Origin: Cystobasidiomycetes sp. EMM_F5
Lineage: Eukaryota
Length of the DNA: 64,000 bases
Reading direction: 5' to 3'
Assembly (NCBI GenBank): GCA_051047955.1
Contig: JBPGPT010000006.1
Span: 372,001-436,000, forward strand
Shown: in pieces, positions 37,906 to 51,115 of the stretch
How the letters are laid out: each line of letters starts with the position of its first letter
Numbering within the stretch: the stretch's first letter is position 1
Notes under the pieces: generated by a model
Database searches by the model: none
What the model was told of the DNA's origin: nothing
What the model saw: only the letters and a program-made list of their open reading frames with translations
Translations under genes and position numbers: made by a program

Positions 37906-38153
37906 GATATTGGTGTAGTGTATAGCAAGACTACTTTCATTCCGTGATGTATGGGGTATGGATAATTCCCCCGGGTGGGCTCAGTTTGACTTGGGCGTTT
38001 TGAGCTGAATTGCCACCAGATCTGGGTTCCGCATCTCGACCTTCTGCGATTGGAGCTCTGGCTTGCGCAAACGGCAAAGGCTTTCGATAGCAAGCTCAGT
38101 CAACAAGACTTCAAGACTCGCCTAGACTTATCAGGCAGTCGGCATACAGCACC

Positions 38154-39124
38154 ATGGCTCTCCAGCTCACCGCGTCGCAGCTCATTGCGAGAAACGGGTC
38201 CCGCTTGTTGCCTCTGCTGGCCTCGTCGTCGCAGCGCAGCTTCCATGTAGCTGCATTTCGAAGGGCAGCCGCTGGTGCAGATGGCTCCATTCACTCCGAG
38301 TCTGGACTGCCCGGTTCCGCAAAGTCGGCAATGAACTCTGCGCCTGGATCGGTCGTCGGCGGCCACGCTGGGGTGATTGCGCCCTCGCAGGCCATGACTG
38401 AGGAATGGGGAGTGCAGCGAGAGTACCCAGACTACTCAAAAGGCCCCTCAGCACTCGATAAAGCTTCAAAGCTCTTCTTCTTCACCGAAATCCTCAGAGG
38501 GATGTGGGTAGTGTGAGTTTGGTGGTTGCTGTTCTGGTGGAAGTGTCTGCAACACGACTGAGCCTGTTCCCTTAATCAGACTCGAGAACTTCTTCAGAGC
38601 ACCCTTGTACGCAATACTACCACCCCCTGCCGAGTTTAAGCCACTAACGTCTTCTTGCGCAGCACCATCATGTATCCCTTCGAAAAAGGTCCAATGTCTG
38701 TACGATTCCGCGGCGAACATGCTTTACGGCGATATGCAACAGGAGAGGAGCGATGTATTGCGTGCAAACTATGCGAGGCTATCTGCCCGGCACAGGCCAT
38801 CACCATTGAATCCGAGACCAGAGCGGATGGCGGACGCAGAACGACACGCTATGATCTCGACATGACAAAGTGCATCTACTGCGGATTTTGTCAAGAGGCT
38901 TGCCCCGTCGACGCTATCGTTGAAAGTGAGGCCCACGTTGCATGTCCTGAAGACATTGGCGCAAATGGGCTAATCTTGACTCTCCGTTCTCAGCACAAAA
39001 TATCGAGTATACCACCGAGACTCGCGAAGAGCTGCTCTACAACAAGGAGAAGCTGCTAGCAAACGGTGACAGAATGGAAGCGGCCATTGCTGCCAACCTC
39101 CACGCGGATCATCTATACCGGTAA
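38154..39124 (+). CDS. NDUFS8: NADH:ubiquinone oxidoreductase TYKY/23 kDa Fe-S subunit
   Basis: [49 protein letters not shown]. Ends ADHLYR*. Confidence 0.97.
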
Positions 39125-39220
39125 TAGAGCGTGTCGAACACCTTTGTTGTATCAGCTGAGAAGGTCCGTTGGACAAGGATACTTCGCAGAGAAACTTTAT
39201 GAGCATGGCGCAGTAGCATA

Positions 39221-40384
39221 TCATCTAATAAAGTGTTCTCTTCCGCTTGCCCTGTCAACGCTGATGATGACTCCGTCTGCCTCGACTCCACTGAAAGCGA
39301 ATCATCAGCCTCTTACTGTCTCGCAGTGATAAGTATCTCGACTGACTTCATCGCGCTTATTGCTTCAGGGATGGCCGATTCGTCGTGAAACTGCACAAAC
39401 ACGCTAATTCTGCCGGGCTCATCGAGAGCGGTAGCATGCACGATGCTACCGAACTCCTGGAACACAGTCTGCAAGTCTCATAGTCAGTGTCGGTGCAGGC
39501 TTGTGATCTTTGGGCATACCTTGACGTCTGCGGGACTGGTGCCGGCAGCTAAACCTCGAACCACAATGGACTTTCTTACTTGGCGATGATGCAGCAGAGG
39601 CTGCTGTTGACGATACTTGGGGTGATGCGCAAAGCGAGATGGCCGGCTTCGCGTCTTATTATTGTATTCTGTGTTGACGTGAGAGTATCGTGAGGCTGGA
39701 CTAGTGCGCCTGTTGTATGAAAGTTTACGACGCAGATAAGGTGCATAGTGCGGCACGTAGCGATCGATACGATGGACTAGACGTTCACCGCCATGGGACA
39801 CTGGAAGGCTGAAGCGCGATTGAAGCGAATCCATATCCTGTCAGAGTACGAAATGCATAGATGATTGGATGGAGTCTAGTAGCATCAGCTGCGTACATTG
39901 CGTTGGGTATGGAGATGAGTTGGCCTACGATAGATGCAAAAGTCGTCTGATCTGTGTTGATTGACCCGATCGCTGCTGGCTCAACGGTGTCCTCTCCGCG
40001 CAGGCACAACTCGATAATATTGGTAGCTTCAGCTAGGGCTGTAGTCAATCGGCTTTGACCTATTTCGGCCGCCCTTCCAGAATGACCTTGTTGGACAGAG
40101 TCGAGCAGCTCTTGTAGATAAGTCAAAGCCAGCTGTAACGATGTGTCTGATGCAGCCATAGATTCTCTCAATGCCAGTAACGCGCTTGAATCGAACATCG
40201 TGTTTGCTTTGGCTTCATCGGCTTCTCGAGCCAAGTAGAGGTCATGTTGCCATCTACCGTTGATACTGGTTCCGCGTCCTAGACGTATGTCCTGTGAATG
40301 GATATACAGTTACATTACTTCTCATACGTAGGAGAGTGAATGTCAGAAGACAGAGCATACGGAAGTAGAGTCTGTCAGATCCAT
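39221..40384 (-). CDS. WxHD-motif RRM RNA-binding protein (ALYREF/Yra1-like motifs)
   Basis: Hand-spliced model: GRWQHDLY, a helical segment, IDRYVPHYAPY, then RRM SIVVRGLAAGTSPADVKTVFQEFG...VFVQF...AISAMNGVEADGVIISV. Confidence 0.65.
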
Positions 40385-41136
40385 CGTGGCGGTACAGGGA
40401 TACAGTATACGTTCAAACTGGTGTGCTTCCAGCAAAGCCGTTCTCGATGCCAAAACGCGTGCTCAGACGCAGCCAGCTGACGCTCATATACTTTGAGGTT
40501 TTTGCGTTGTGAGAGTTGGAACGATCAGGCTATTACTGATGTACGGCAGCGAATACACGAGTCTTTGGCAAGAAGTGGATGATTTGGAAGAAAGACAAGA
40601 TGTGTGGCATTCTATTGCGCAGCTTTATGTTCGGACGCTGTGGGAGCTCGAACTGAGCGCTGACTCTTTCGAGGCTGAGGCCTGAGCGCATAAAGTGAGC
40701 TTGATTAGCAGCGTTCGAGTAATCAGTGTGATCTACGAGAGGGATGTGGAGTCTATGGTGCGTATTAGCGAAGGCGGCCAGTGCAGGCTGCCGTATCAGC
40801 ATCGGAGTTTGTGAAGACTGTTTGCCATTATATTGCGGCGGGGCACAACAGGAAACTGAACATCTTGAGCCATTCTAAGCTGTTCTCACAGATTGACGAG
40901 CCAGCGATATCGTTCAATTATGATATAGGCGAGCCTGGGACATCCAACGCCATTCCGTGAAGATTACACTTGGCTGGTCCAGCTCGACAGGCTCTTGCCA
41001 TGCTCGTAGGAGCGCATTCTCCTCACGCAAACCAGCCAATACGCTCGCGGTGGAGAGCAAAGCTACGAAGCATTCCCCGAGCGGGCAAAGTGTGTCGACT
41101 GCTGGCTCAGACTCGCCCGCAGCTGTCGAGCATGGA

Positions 41137-43113
41137 ATGGATCCATCAGTATCCCAGCTTGCGAGCGAGCCGACGCCGGGTCTTGTAGTTCGCGAGTTGA
41201 GCAGAGGAGAGCTGATGTGCTCGATTACAACACAACTTGGCCTGGCGACTTTGATAATTCCCAGCCTTTGCCCAACTGATTCAGTGTCTGCGAGTCGTCG
41301 CAATGGGACGGCCTACGTCGGAAGGCGTAGATCTACAACTCGCGACAAAGGTCAAATTGCTGCTGTACGGCCAGAATAACGTCGGCTTTTGAATGGTGCG
41401 CTGACGTTTTGATGCGAAACCAGACGCAAAGCATTCGAAGACCGTACGAGCGGCAAGGTAAACTACTCGCACGAGTGCGGCGTCACCTACGAGCACTTTG
41501 TGCGCCAGCTGGACGTGGATGACCCTGTTGCCATAAAATGCGTTGAAATACTGGCCAAAGACGTCTTTACTCGGGTACGGCTACGCAAGAGGGCCATCAA
41601 CACGATTACATACCCCAGAGTCCCAGTACGAGTCGCGCCATCCAACATTCCCATTGCAGATGAACGGCCATCGCCTCCCTTGAGCCGACCCCACGCGCTG
41701 GAAATGAGCGAATACGATGCCATCATTGCGGATGCGCAACGGCGTGTAACGTCTCCTCTGCCCATGCCTTCGTACTTGCAGCAGGATCAGCACCGCTGGT
41801 CGAGCAGCGTCCTCGCAGATCCCCCGCCGGCTGCAAGCACATCCAGATTCGCCGACGAAGAATTGGACGGTGTTGATCCTTCAGACGTGTATACTCGTAA
41901 TCCATGGTTGTCTGACTCATCTGCAAGCGGTTCCGATACCGAAGAAGAAGAGACGGCTAGAGTACAGGACGCTGCAAGAACGCTTAGCGGTGTGCAAGCG
42001 GCGCGAGATTCACCAAACAATAGAACTCGACCTTCTTCGAATCACGACGTTGCTGGTTCCTCGGCAGCCCTTCGAGAACGCATCATCAGTCGGTTAGAAC
42101 ACCGACGGCGGGACCGCTTAGCGCGAGCAGAAGTAGCCCCTTCATCAAATCCTCACTTCAATGTCAACATATTTGATTTTGACGATGAGGAAGTAGTCGA
42201 GCAAGGCTCGACTGATGTCGTGCCTCTTCGGACACGGGGAAGCGGCCCGTCAAGCAACGTCAGCCATTCGAGCGCTATACCGAACCCGTTAACAGCTTCA
42301 CTGCCAATAGTCATTGGCAGCGAGTACGCCAGTTCCCCTCGTACAATATCACAATCGGGAAATCATCGCACCCTGCGCATGAGTTATCCCCGCATACCCC
42401 AGAGGTCCAATAGCATTCGCCGCTCCGGCTACCACGACACGACTGCAGCTTCAGTCTCGAGGCGGACCAATGACGTTCGCGCAGACAGTCCAGAGTCGCT
42501 CCCTCTGTCCATTTCGAGGCCTTCTCCTCCGCCTCTTCCCTCGCCGCCCCGTGCTGATCCTAGTGCCGACTCCGCTCGCGCGACTTTGCGGGCTATCGCA
42601 GCTCGAGATTCGAGCTCAGCGTCGCACAATCCAGGATCCTCGCGACTTTCCGATTACAATGATATAACGCATACCTTGTCGACTCGTGCTTCCGCATTCG
42701 AGGATTTCGCCCGCATCACTCGGCAAGCAGCACGCAATCATCAAGAGGGACAAGATAATCATCGGCCTGACGAGAGTGGATCACTTTCATTGTCCTCTTC
42801 TATGCGACGGACTCGTCGCCCTGATCAAGCAGAGGAAGACCCGACTCTGGTGCCACCATTTGCTGTTCAGTCGGACTCGACGGCCGAGTTGCTCGGGTCT
42901 TCTTCGTCTGTTGCAGCACTAGACTATGCACGCAACTATCGTCCTTCCTCCCCAGTCGGAGAGACGTCTCGGCCGTTTGTTGCGCGGGCCAATTCTCCGC
43001 CCAATGCGCCGTTACTGCAACATCGCTCGTACCCCTTCGACATTACGACCCCGCCGGCATCTACTACATTCGGTGAAGATGTGAGAGCGTACGACGCAGA
43101 CTTGCCGAGCTGA
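41137..43113 (+). CDS. Hypothetical protein with a short folded N-terminal domain and a long Ser/Arg/Pro-rich tail; start uncertain
   Basis: 537-codon ORF plus upstream exons giving AFAQLIQCLRVVAMG...KVKLLLRKAFEDRTSGKVNYSHECG. Confidence 0.6.
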
Positions 43114-43350
43114 ACGACTGGCTGTCGAGTACAGTCGAAGCAGTGGTTATGAATGACCTTGTTTCGACAATAGAGCTGCTGTCGTGCATCTTTTCAGCAA
43201 GGAGGAAGGAGGATGATACCAAATACTTCGCATGTAGCTATAGTTCTGCCCAGATTTCTGCTTTGCAATATGCGGGTCTTGACTTGTGTTTTGCAACAAA
43301 GCTTACTCCCTGACCAAACGTTAGTCGATGCGACGGCGGCGACGGCGACC

Positions 43351-46300
43351 ATGGACTCTGTTACCCTGAAAGGCCTCAATGACAAGATTTATGATAAACG
43401 GAAAGCTGCGGCCTTGTCGCTGGAAACGTCAGTTTTGGCTATGACGGCGTACCGTAGTTCTGGCTGGGAAAGCTAACGGGTCGGCCTGCTATACTATGGC
43501 AACGGGCTCAATGTAGAGTTATCCGGGATGCTATCGCACACAATGAGCACGCCAAAGTTAGAAGTATCGTCAGGCAATTGCGAGACTTGGCCAACAATAC
43601 CGCCCCGGCAATGTCAAATACACGAAACGGGGGTATCATGGGTCTGGCCGGAGCGAGGTCTGAGTGCAAGCACTTGGTCGCTTTCTGATTGCTGATGCGA
43701 TGGTTTGTTGCGTTCGCAGTATCGCTCTGAGTCAACGAATAGGACCATATTTACAAATCATCATTCCGCCCATCCTGGCTTGCTTTTCGGACCCGGATCA
43801 TCGAGTTCGCTACTTTGCTTGCGAGAGCATGTACAATGTAGCCAAGGTAAGTCCACGTTATCGTGTACTGCACCAAATCCTCCTGATGTAGTGGCATCCG
43901 GTAATTCGACCAGGTTGCCAAGGGGGAACTGCTGGTATACTTCAACGAAGTTTTCGATGCGATGAGCAAGGTCCGTTTCATCACAGAATTCTCCAGAAGA
44001 ACATCGTCTCAGGGGTTGTGTGTACACAGCTAGCCGCAGATACGGATCAAGCAGTACGAAATGGCGGAGAATTGCTAGACCGTCTAGTCAAGGACATCGT
44101 GATTGAACAGGCATCGTCCTATGTATCGACACAGTCTACGCCACTGGACGAGACGGACTATCCGGATGACGATGTTGTCGACAACAAGGAAGACAAACGT
44201 CCTCACGAGCGTACGCATACTCAAGCTAGTATGGTCTCCGCTGGCCAATTCTCAGCCGGCACGGCAACAATATTGTCTAGAGAAGGAAAGAAGGCATTCT
44301 CCCTTGACCGATTCGTGCCGCTACTAGCTGAAAGAATGGCTGTCTTGAACCCATTCACGCGGACCTTCTTGGTCTCGTGGGTGACGGTACTAGATGCAAT
44401 TCCAGAACTGGAGCTGGTGTCGTACTTGCCGCACTTTCTTGATGGCCTCATCAGGTATCTTGGGGATCCTTCCGAGGAGATTCGCTATGCCACTATGCAC
44501 GTCTTGAGTGATTTTCTGAAAGAGATACGAGATGTTGCAGAGGTGAACCGGTCAATGGAAGAAGCCAAGGTTGCAAAGCGAGCAAATATACCGGCAGTCA
44601 AGGCTATCGATAGGTCGCCCAAGCAGAAGGCTTCGTTACGTGACAATAAAGCGGAAGGTAGTTCTGGCGTTGATCCATCTGCAGAGGATGCGCGCTCCGC
44701 AGCCACCTCGCGTCGACAGTCGCTGGAAGTACAAGAGAAGCCTTCAAGCAGCTTGAATGGGCAGCAGCCTTCACATTCGGCCGGAAGGGAGCAATCTACA
44801 AATGCCTTGCAAGGCATCAGCGAAGAAGAACAGCGTGAATCTGGAAGGACTAATGCGGAGCACTCGCAAGATGGGATGGGCAGCGACGTGGACGACGAAT
44901 ATGACCCAGACTTAGAAGATGCCGGTCACTGGATACCGGGCCAAGGTGTGAAGGTGGATCATGCGGCGATTGTGGAGATCTTGCTAAGTAACCTGTCGAC
45001 CACTGGTGAGTCAATTCGCCTTGTGAGTGCGTGCTTGTACTGAGAAGGTGTCTGCTTTGTGGTCCAGATGAGGAAGTTCAAGCAATCTGCCTGAGGTGGA
45101 TCGCAGAGTTTCTGCTCTTTGTCAAGGACACTATGGTTATGTTTACTCCTCGCCTAATTCCCGTCATGTTGCCGTGTCTAGCACATCACATCCCCGTCAT
45201 TCGGCAAGCTGCTCGTCAGACAAACGACAACCTGTTCCACGTCGTTCAGCAGCTGCCAGTCACTACTCAAGCACAACAATCGCCAGTGCCGTCGACAGAA
45301 GTATCGCCGCCTTCTGTGCCTTCCCAGCCAGGTCACGGAAGACGCGACTCGGCTTCTACAGCAAGGACTAATTTATCGTCCACTCAAACCGCTCCAGTCC
45401 CCTTCCCTACATCCACCCAGGTGAATGCCCTTGCTAAAGACCATGGAGGAAACAGTCTCGATGCCATGGTCAGCGACATTCACATTACCACCGAAAATGG
45501 CCAAACATCGCAAGCCAACGAAAAATATTCTCTTGATGGCTCCGATAGCACTCAAGATGCTCTCGATTACCCAGCGACAGTCAACGCGCTAACTCTACAG
45601 TTTTTGAATGAGAACGACAAAACCCGTGTTGCTGCTTTGAAATGGCTGTCGATGTTGCACTGGAAGGCTCCGAGAAGAGTCAGCATATCAAAAAGACAGC
45701 ATGATTTTGTAATACTGACTTCGCTGTCAATCTCAGATACTTTCTTTACATGACGGAACTTTCCCTGCGCTATTGAAGACACTTTCCGATCCTTCGGAGG
45801 ACGTAATCAGGGCGGATCTGCAATTGTTAGCGCAAATATCTTCGAATTCTGAGGAGGACTACTTTCCATACTTCATCACGAATCTGCTATCCCTTTTCAG
45901 TACAGACAGAAAGTTGCTGGAGACGCGTGGAAGTCTCATCATTCGTCAGCTCTGCACGAGCTTGAATACCGAGCGGATATACAGGACGTTCGCGGAATTG
46001 CTCGAGAAGGATGAAGTGAATTGATTTCCAGCATACCGTATTCAACATACTGATGAAGCTCTGCAGGATCTGGAATTTGCCAGCATAATGGTCCAGAACC
46101 TGCAATTGATCATGATCACATCACCGGAACTTACGGACTTTCGAAAGCGTCTAAAGAATCTGGAGACGAAGGATGGACAGCTTCTGTTCACAAATTTATA
46201 TAGATCTTGGTCCCATAATGCTGTGGCAGCATTTTCGCTTTGCTTGTTGGCTCAGGCATACGAGCATGCAGCGAATCTCCTTCAAATATTGTGAGTGTCG

Positions 46301-47060
46301 GCGCGCAATTTGCTCCTAAGCAGCGCTAATGCATCGCGATTTCCTGTAGCGCGGACTTGGAAGTCTCCGTTTCTCTGTTAATTCAGATCGACAAGTTGGT
46401 GCAGCTGCTAGAGTCGCCCGTATTTACGCGTGAGCAGCGTGTCTTCGAATGATTAGAATCCCTTCGCTAATGCATCTTTGAATAGCCCTGAGACTACAGC
46501 TGCTCGAACCCGAAAAATACCCTTCTCTGTACAAGTGTCTGTATGGCCTTCTCATGTTCCTGCCACAAAGTAGTGCTTTCCTCACTCTACGGAATCGGCT
46601 CAACGCCGTCAGTCCTCTTGGTTACTTGAACGCGGCACCCCGTGCGGCTTACAGCGCCCCGTCTGTGTCGAGTCCGGGTAGCGTAGGACCTCGATCCACA
46701 GTAAGGCGAACAGACGAGATCAAATGGCAGGAACTCCTCGTACACTTTCGTCAGGTACAGCTCAAACACCAGAGGTTACGTGCCCAAACATCAGATATCG
46801 ATGTTCCGATTCAGCCTAGTACATCTGCTGGTCTGAGCATCTCGAGGTCAGGAGCGAGCAGTGCCGCAGGTAGACGCACAGGCAATGGCGAAACCATGGC
46901 TGTCACGCAACAGAGGGTGGCGAGCGGTAAAATGGGAGGACAAACTCCAAGAAGCGCAAGCGGCAGACCTTTGAGTCCACAGTCTCAGTCTCAGTCTCAG
47001 CAATCTTCATCGGCAGGCAGGGGTCGACGCGGCACCGGACTGACTAGACCAAGACCATGA
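43351..47060 (+). CDS. VAC14: PI(3,5)P2 regulatory scaffold VAC14
   Basis: GLNDKIYDKRKAAAL.LE, RNGGIMGLA, VRYFACESMYNVAK, GGELLDRLVKDIV, LLETRGSLIIRQLC, LYRSWSHNAVA, QIDKLVQLLESPVF, LPQSSAF.TLRNRL. Confidence 0.96.
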
Positions 47061-47155
47061 TGCATGTATGTTAGGGATAAGTGGGGATAAGTACACATGT
47101 TGTTGTCTCATAAAGCGTCCTCAACTTGCCTGACGCACCGACGCGCGTTCAAGGG

Positions 47156-48482
47156 TCACGACTCTTCCTGTTTGCCATTCGTTTGACCGTGCGCCTTCAG
47201 TGTCTCGGAGCGAATGATCCCCAAAATGCGAAGCAAAGCTCTGGCGAAATGCTACAAAGGGATTGTTGACGCTGAGTCAGGGTCGTGTGTGATCCCAGAA
47301 TAGACTGACCTCGGCATCATCGTCCTTTTTGGTATATTCCTTGGCTGTCTTCGCCAGCTGTTTATCAATCTTGCCATCCTTGAGGAACTCTGTTGACTGT
47401 AACGTCAGCACGAGCCACGAACCAGCCCACGCAGTCTAAGCACCATCCACCAGCGGGTCTATCACGTCCGCTCCCCTGCAATCGAGGCATGTCAGCTTGA
47501 TGACACCTTCCGTTGCAGATATTCCGCCTGGCCTACCATTCGGGATGACCTTGGCTAGTGATAATATGCACGTCGCGATAAGGTGATATACTCGACAGTC
47601 CATGTGCATAACCCGGTGCTTTGCCTTCTTCGGTGTCTCGTATCTTGTAGTACTTGGCCAAAGCCTGGATGCGGACCTTCTCACTAGAAGCCAGTAGGAC
47701 AAAGTCCTCGGGTATCTTGGTGACATGATCGGCGTGAACTTGCTGTATGCGCAACACATCTTCCGCTTGTCCAGGAGTCCCAAAAAGCTTCTTGCCCTCG
47801 TCCGTTAGCTTTAACCTTGTGGAGCCGATTTCCCAACCATTCGAGTTCGGCTCGACTCTGGCTCCAAATGCTCGAGCGATGACTGTGAGTGCAAACGAAC
47901 TGAGGTTTAGGACTTTGGAAAGGTTGGCTGACCCTACTTTGGTGACCTGTGCAATTCGTTAAATAGGGCGTAACCGACCGGGTTGCACTCCACGAGACCT
48001 ACCGAAACAGATTCCTACCAGGCGGATACGTGGCCATTCATCGTGGAGGTATACAATCTATAACCATAGGTCAGAGATTGTACGATTGCGCACGGCCACA
48101 GACAGTAACGCACAAAACCGGCCAGTCTCGCTATCCACGGCGTGTCCGCGCCGGCATCCTCCACGAAGCTTCCGGATATGCAGACGCAGTCGATTGTTTC
48201 GAGCTGTTCTCGCGATGGATACTCGCGCTTCTCCACCACATCGTACCCTTTCGTAATGAGCTTAACGTGGTCGTGTTCTTTCTGCATGAGCGGCTCCAGG
48301 AGGTTGTGAAGCATGCTGCAGAGTATCAGTGTCAGGACACAACCTAAACACTTTATTGTACTGTAGACAGACTCGTCAAAACCCCCATGCTTCTTCAGGG
48401 TAGGTTCTGCAGGTTCGTCGCATATTAGAAAGGCGATATTCAGCTCTCGCTGTGCCGGCGAATCAGTACGGTCAGCAGGCAT
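47156..48482 (-). CDS. Class I glutamine amidotransferase-like protein
   Basis: IAFLICD, CISGS, nucleophile GICFGHQIIARA (rebuilt through a microexon), GWEIG, QQVHADHV, QGHPE. Confidence 0.9.
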
Positions 48483-48637
48483 GTCGGTTCTAATGGTCAA
48501 AATAAGTCCAGCAAGAAAAACAGCGAGCCCGGTAGCATTTTGCGACTGTCGATGTGGTCATCGATATATGTGGCGCACGGGCCCTTGGCGTGCGTACGCG
48601 CAGATCAATATTGCTTTTGCAATCAGGCTCTTCATCC

Positions 48638-49439
48638 ATGTCTATGCGACGAGCTGCCAGCAAGATGTGTCGAAGCGCGTTGCGGGGAAGCGTGGTCGCG
48701 CCGGCTAGGCTGTCGGTCCTACATCCAGCTGGAAGTGCTGCAGTGGTCGCCGGCAAGAAGTCATGGACACGGAATATTGCGACAAGCCAGCGCCGTCTCA
48801 GTGTATACGACGAGTGAGGCCACGCAGCTAAGAGATCGCATTGAATGGCGCGCTTAGATTGTTTCTTGCGCTTTGTCGTGTGGAGTTTCGTCAATATCCT
48901 TGATGACGGCGAAAGGCCCGCGATACAGGTCAATTCGTGCACCGAGACGACTTTCCAGCTCACCGATGGCATTATTATTCCTGCTTCCGCTATCTTCCTC
49001 AATGGCGCTGCGTTCATGTGGGATGTGCCGCCCGCGAGTTTCCCATGGACCGGCTGGTCAAAGGAGATGTTCCAAGTGTTTGAAGTAGTCACGCCAAAGC
49101 CTGGTGAGAACTCACGGTGTCTCTACTGTCCGTTCAGGCTGACGAATACACCACTAGATATTGTCATTTTCGGAACGGGTCGGACAGTCTTTCCAGCCCC
49201 ACCCTGGCTGAGACAGTATCTCAATTCGCTCGGCATTCAGCTGGACGTGATGGACTCGGTAAGTTAGAGTCTCCTCAGTATTGTAGTAGATTGACGCTGA
49301 TATATAGTAATCCAAGCGCAATGCATGCTCTACATTCAACCTCCTGACAGAGGAAGGCAGAAGAGTGGCCGCTGCAGTCTTGACACTGGCTCCAATGGAC
49401 TCCCGCTCTGGGATGCCTCTAGAAACTTTGCCAGTCTGA
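48638..49439 (+). CDS. NDUFAF3: Complex I assembly factor NDUFAF3 (Mth938/DUF498)
   Basis: Presequence, then VTPKPDIVIFGTG, LGIQLDVMDSRNACSTFNLLTEEGRRVAAAVL. Confidence 0.9.
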
Positions 49440-49542
49440 AAAGGCCCACGAGAGAGAGAGATGTCATACCATTCACAACAACAATGGGCTATACGTTCAA
49501 CACGACTCCACTGCAAGAAGAAAGACAATCTAGCCAATGGTG

Positions 49543-50952
49543 CTATCGACAATGACGACCGTCTGAAGCCAGCATACTCGCTATCAGCTGTACAGACTGG
49601 CTGCCAAGCTGCCACACCCCAGAGTTGGAATGCAGATCAAATATGGCAGTGTGCGCTTCAATTTCAGTCTTGGCAGTTTCGTTCAGATTGGAAACAAATT
49701 TGCTCTCCGCTTGTATGTATGCGCCGGGTAAAGTGGAAGCGCTGGGCAGGACAATGAATGTCCGGCCCTTTTCGTTGAGTAATGTATAGAAACTGCAAGG
49801 TGGCTTGTTAGAAGCAATAGAATGGAATGATTCCGAAACTGACCAATGAAATTGTACGTTGGAGTCTGCAAGCTCGAGAACTTCCTCCAACCGCTCTCGC
49901 ATTGCTTGCTCTTTCCACAGTTCGCCGACAAACTCGAAGTGCGAAGTGACCCAAAGCTGACTATTTGACGCAGTTGTAGCCAACTTCTCTCGACTATACC
50001 ACGCAGTGCCTGCCGCAGCTGCCAGTCTGAAAAAGTAGCATTTCAGCCTTGATTCCCGTCTCGATGAGCAACACTACTCACGCTGTCGCACCGGCTGCTG
50101 CGTACCCATACTTTCCCCACGAGCTTGCCGCCGCGGAGGCCTGTGCAGCTTTGCCCGCTCCTTTGAGCGACTGCGTGAGCGAGGAATCGTCGTCTGTAGC
50201 CCGCTGCTTTCCTTTATTGGTTGAAGCCGCTTTTGCCTTGTTCTTGCCATCGTCCTTGCCTTGGAGGAATGCCCAGCCCGCGCCGACAGACGTAGCGACT
50301 GCCTGCGCTTGTTGAACATAGCTCCATGCTTCACTCGCCCCGTTTTTGAAGACGCCAGGGTGTACACCCAGGTACGGAGTGTCGTATGCGATGATGCCGA
50401 CAAGACGGGGCCACATCCGTTCCTTCTCTCCCGCTTGAGCGTATCCACGAGCTATTGAGCGTGCACAGTCTGCGATGACGATACCACCCATGCTGTGGCC
50501 AATCAAGACGACTCTGGCGAGTTCCTTCTTGCCATTTCTAATGGTTGCGGCATAGTTCATCTCAATCTCCGCGACCTGAGTTGTGAGCCAGCTCCCGAAA
50601 GCTTCAACGCAGGCTGATAGCTCTCCCCTGGTCTGGAAAGCGGGGTATACGAGGGTGTGTACTGCAGTCAGCGGACGAGGCGAGGAAGTACCGCTGTCGG
50701 CATTGCCGTCGATGGAGCTTCTCGGGGTCGCCGTCGCTCCGGCATTGAAGAGGGTAGTCAGGTTGTGCTTTAAGCGGGAAGGAAAGTCGAGAAACGTCGT
50801 ATCGTCGCCTGCCAGACTGGTCAGCATTGTTCCGCCCAGCGTCACTGACATCCCAAACCTTTGAAGCCGTGGACAAAGGCCAGCACCGCGAGAGCTGGAC
50901 CATGGCTAGCCTGCCCGGTACTGCTGAGCGTGCCCGTATCGTCGACGTCCAT
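49543..50952 (-). CDS. Alpha/beta hydrolase, DUF676/lipase-like
   Basis: FVHGFKGDDTTF (across an intron), YPAFQTRGEL, nucleophile GHSMGG, AYDTPYLG, HFEFVGELW, EIEAHTAIF. Confidence 0.85.
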
Positions 50953-51115
50953 GCTCAGCCGTCGATCAGCATGTCATCGAGGTTCGGATATCAGAGCAAT
51001 GGCAACCTTCCAAACAATCTCCAACCCTTTTACAAAGCTCACATGCTCAACTAAATGCCCATGAACAACACACGCCGGCAGTGCTGACAGCCAGGCTCAG
51101 GGCAATATCAAAACC

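Noticed and set aside
39260..39309. GCTGATGAT...ATCATCAGC inverted repeat with box C/D-like words
   Set aside because: It coincides with the last intron and exon of the minus-strand RRM gene, is too short for a snoRNA and has no hammerhead core.
40533..40802. 89-aa minus-strand ORF upstream of the RRM gene
   Set aside because: No motif and no splice link that I could establish.
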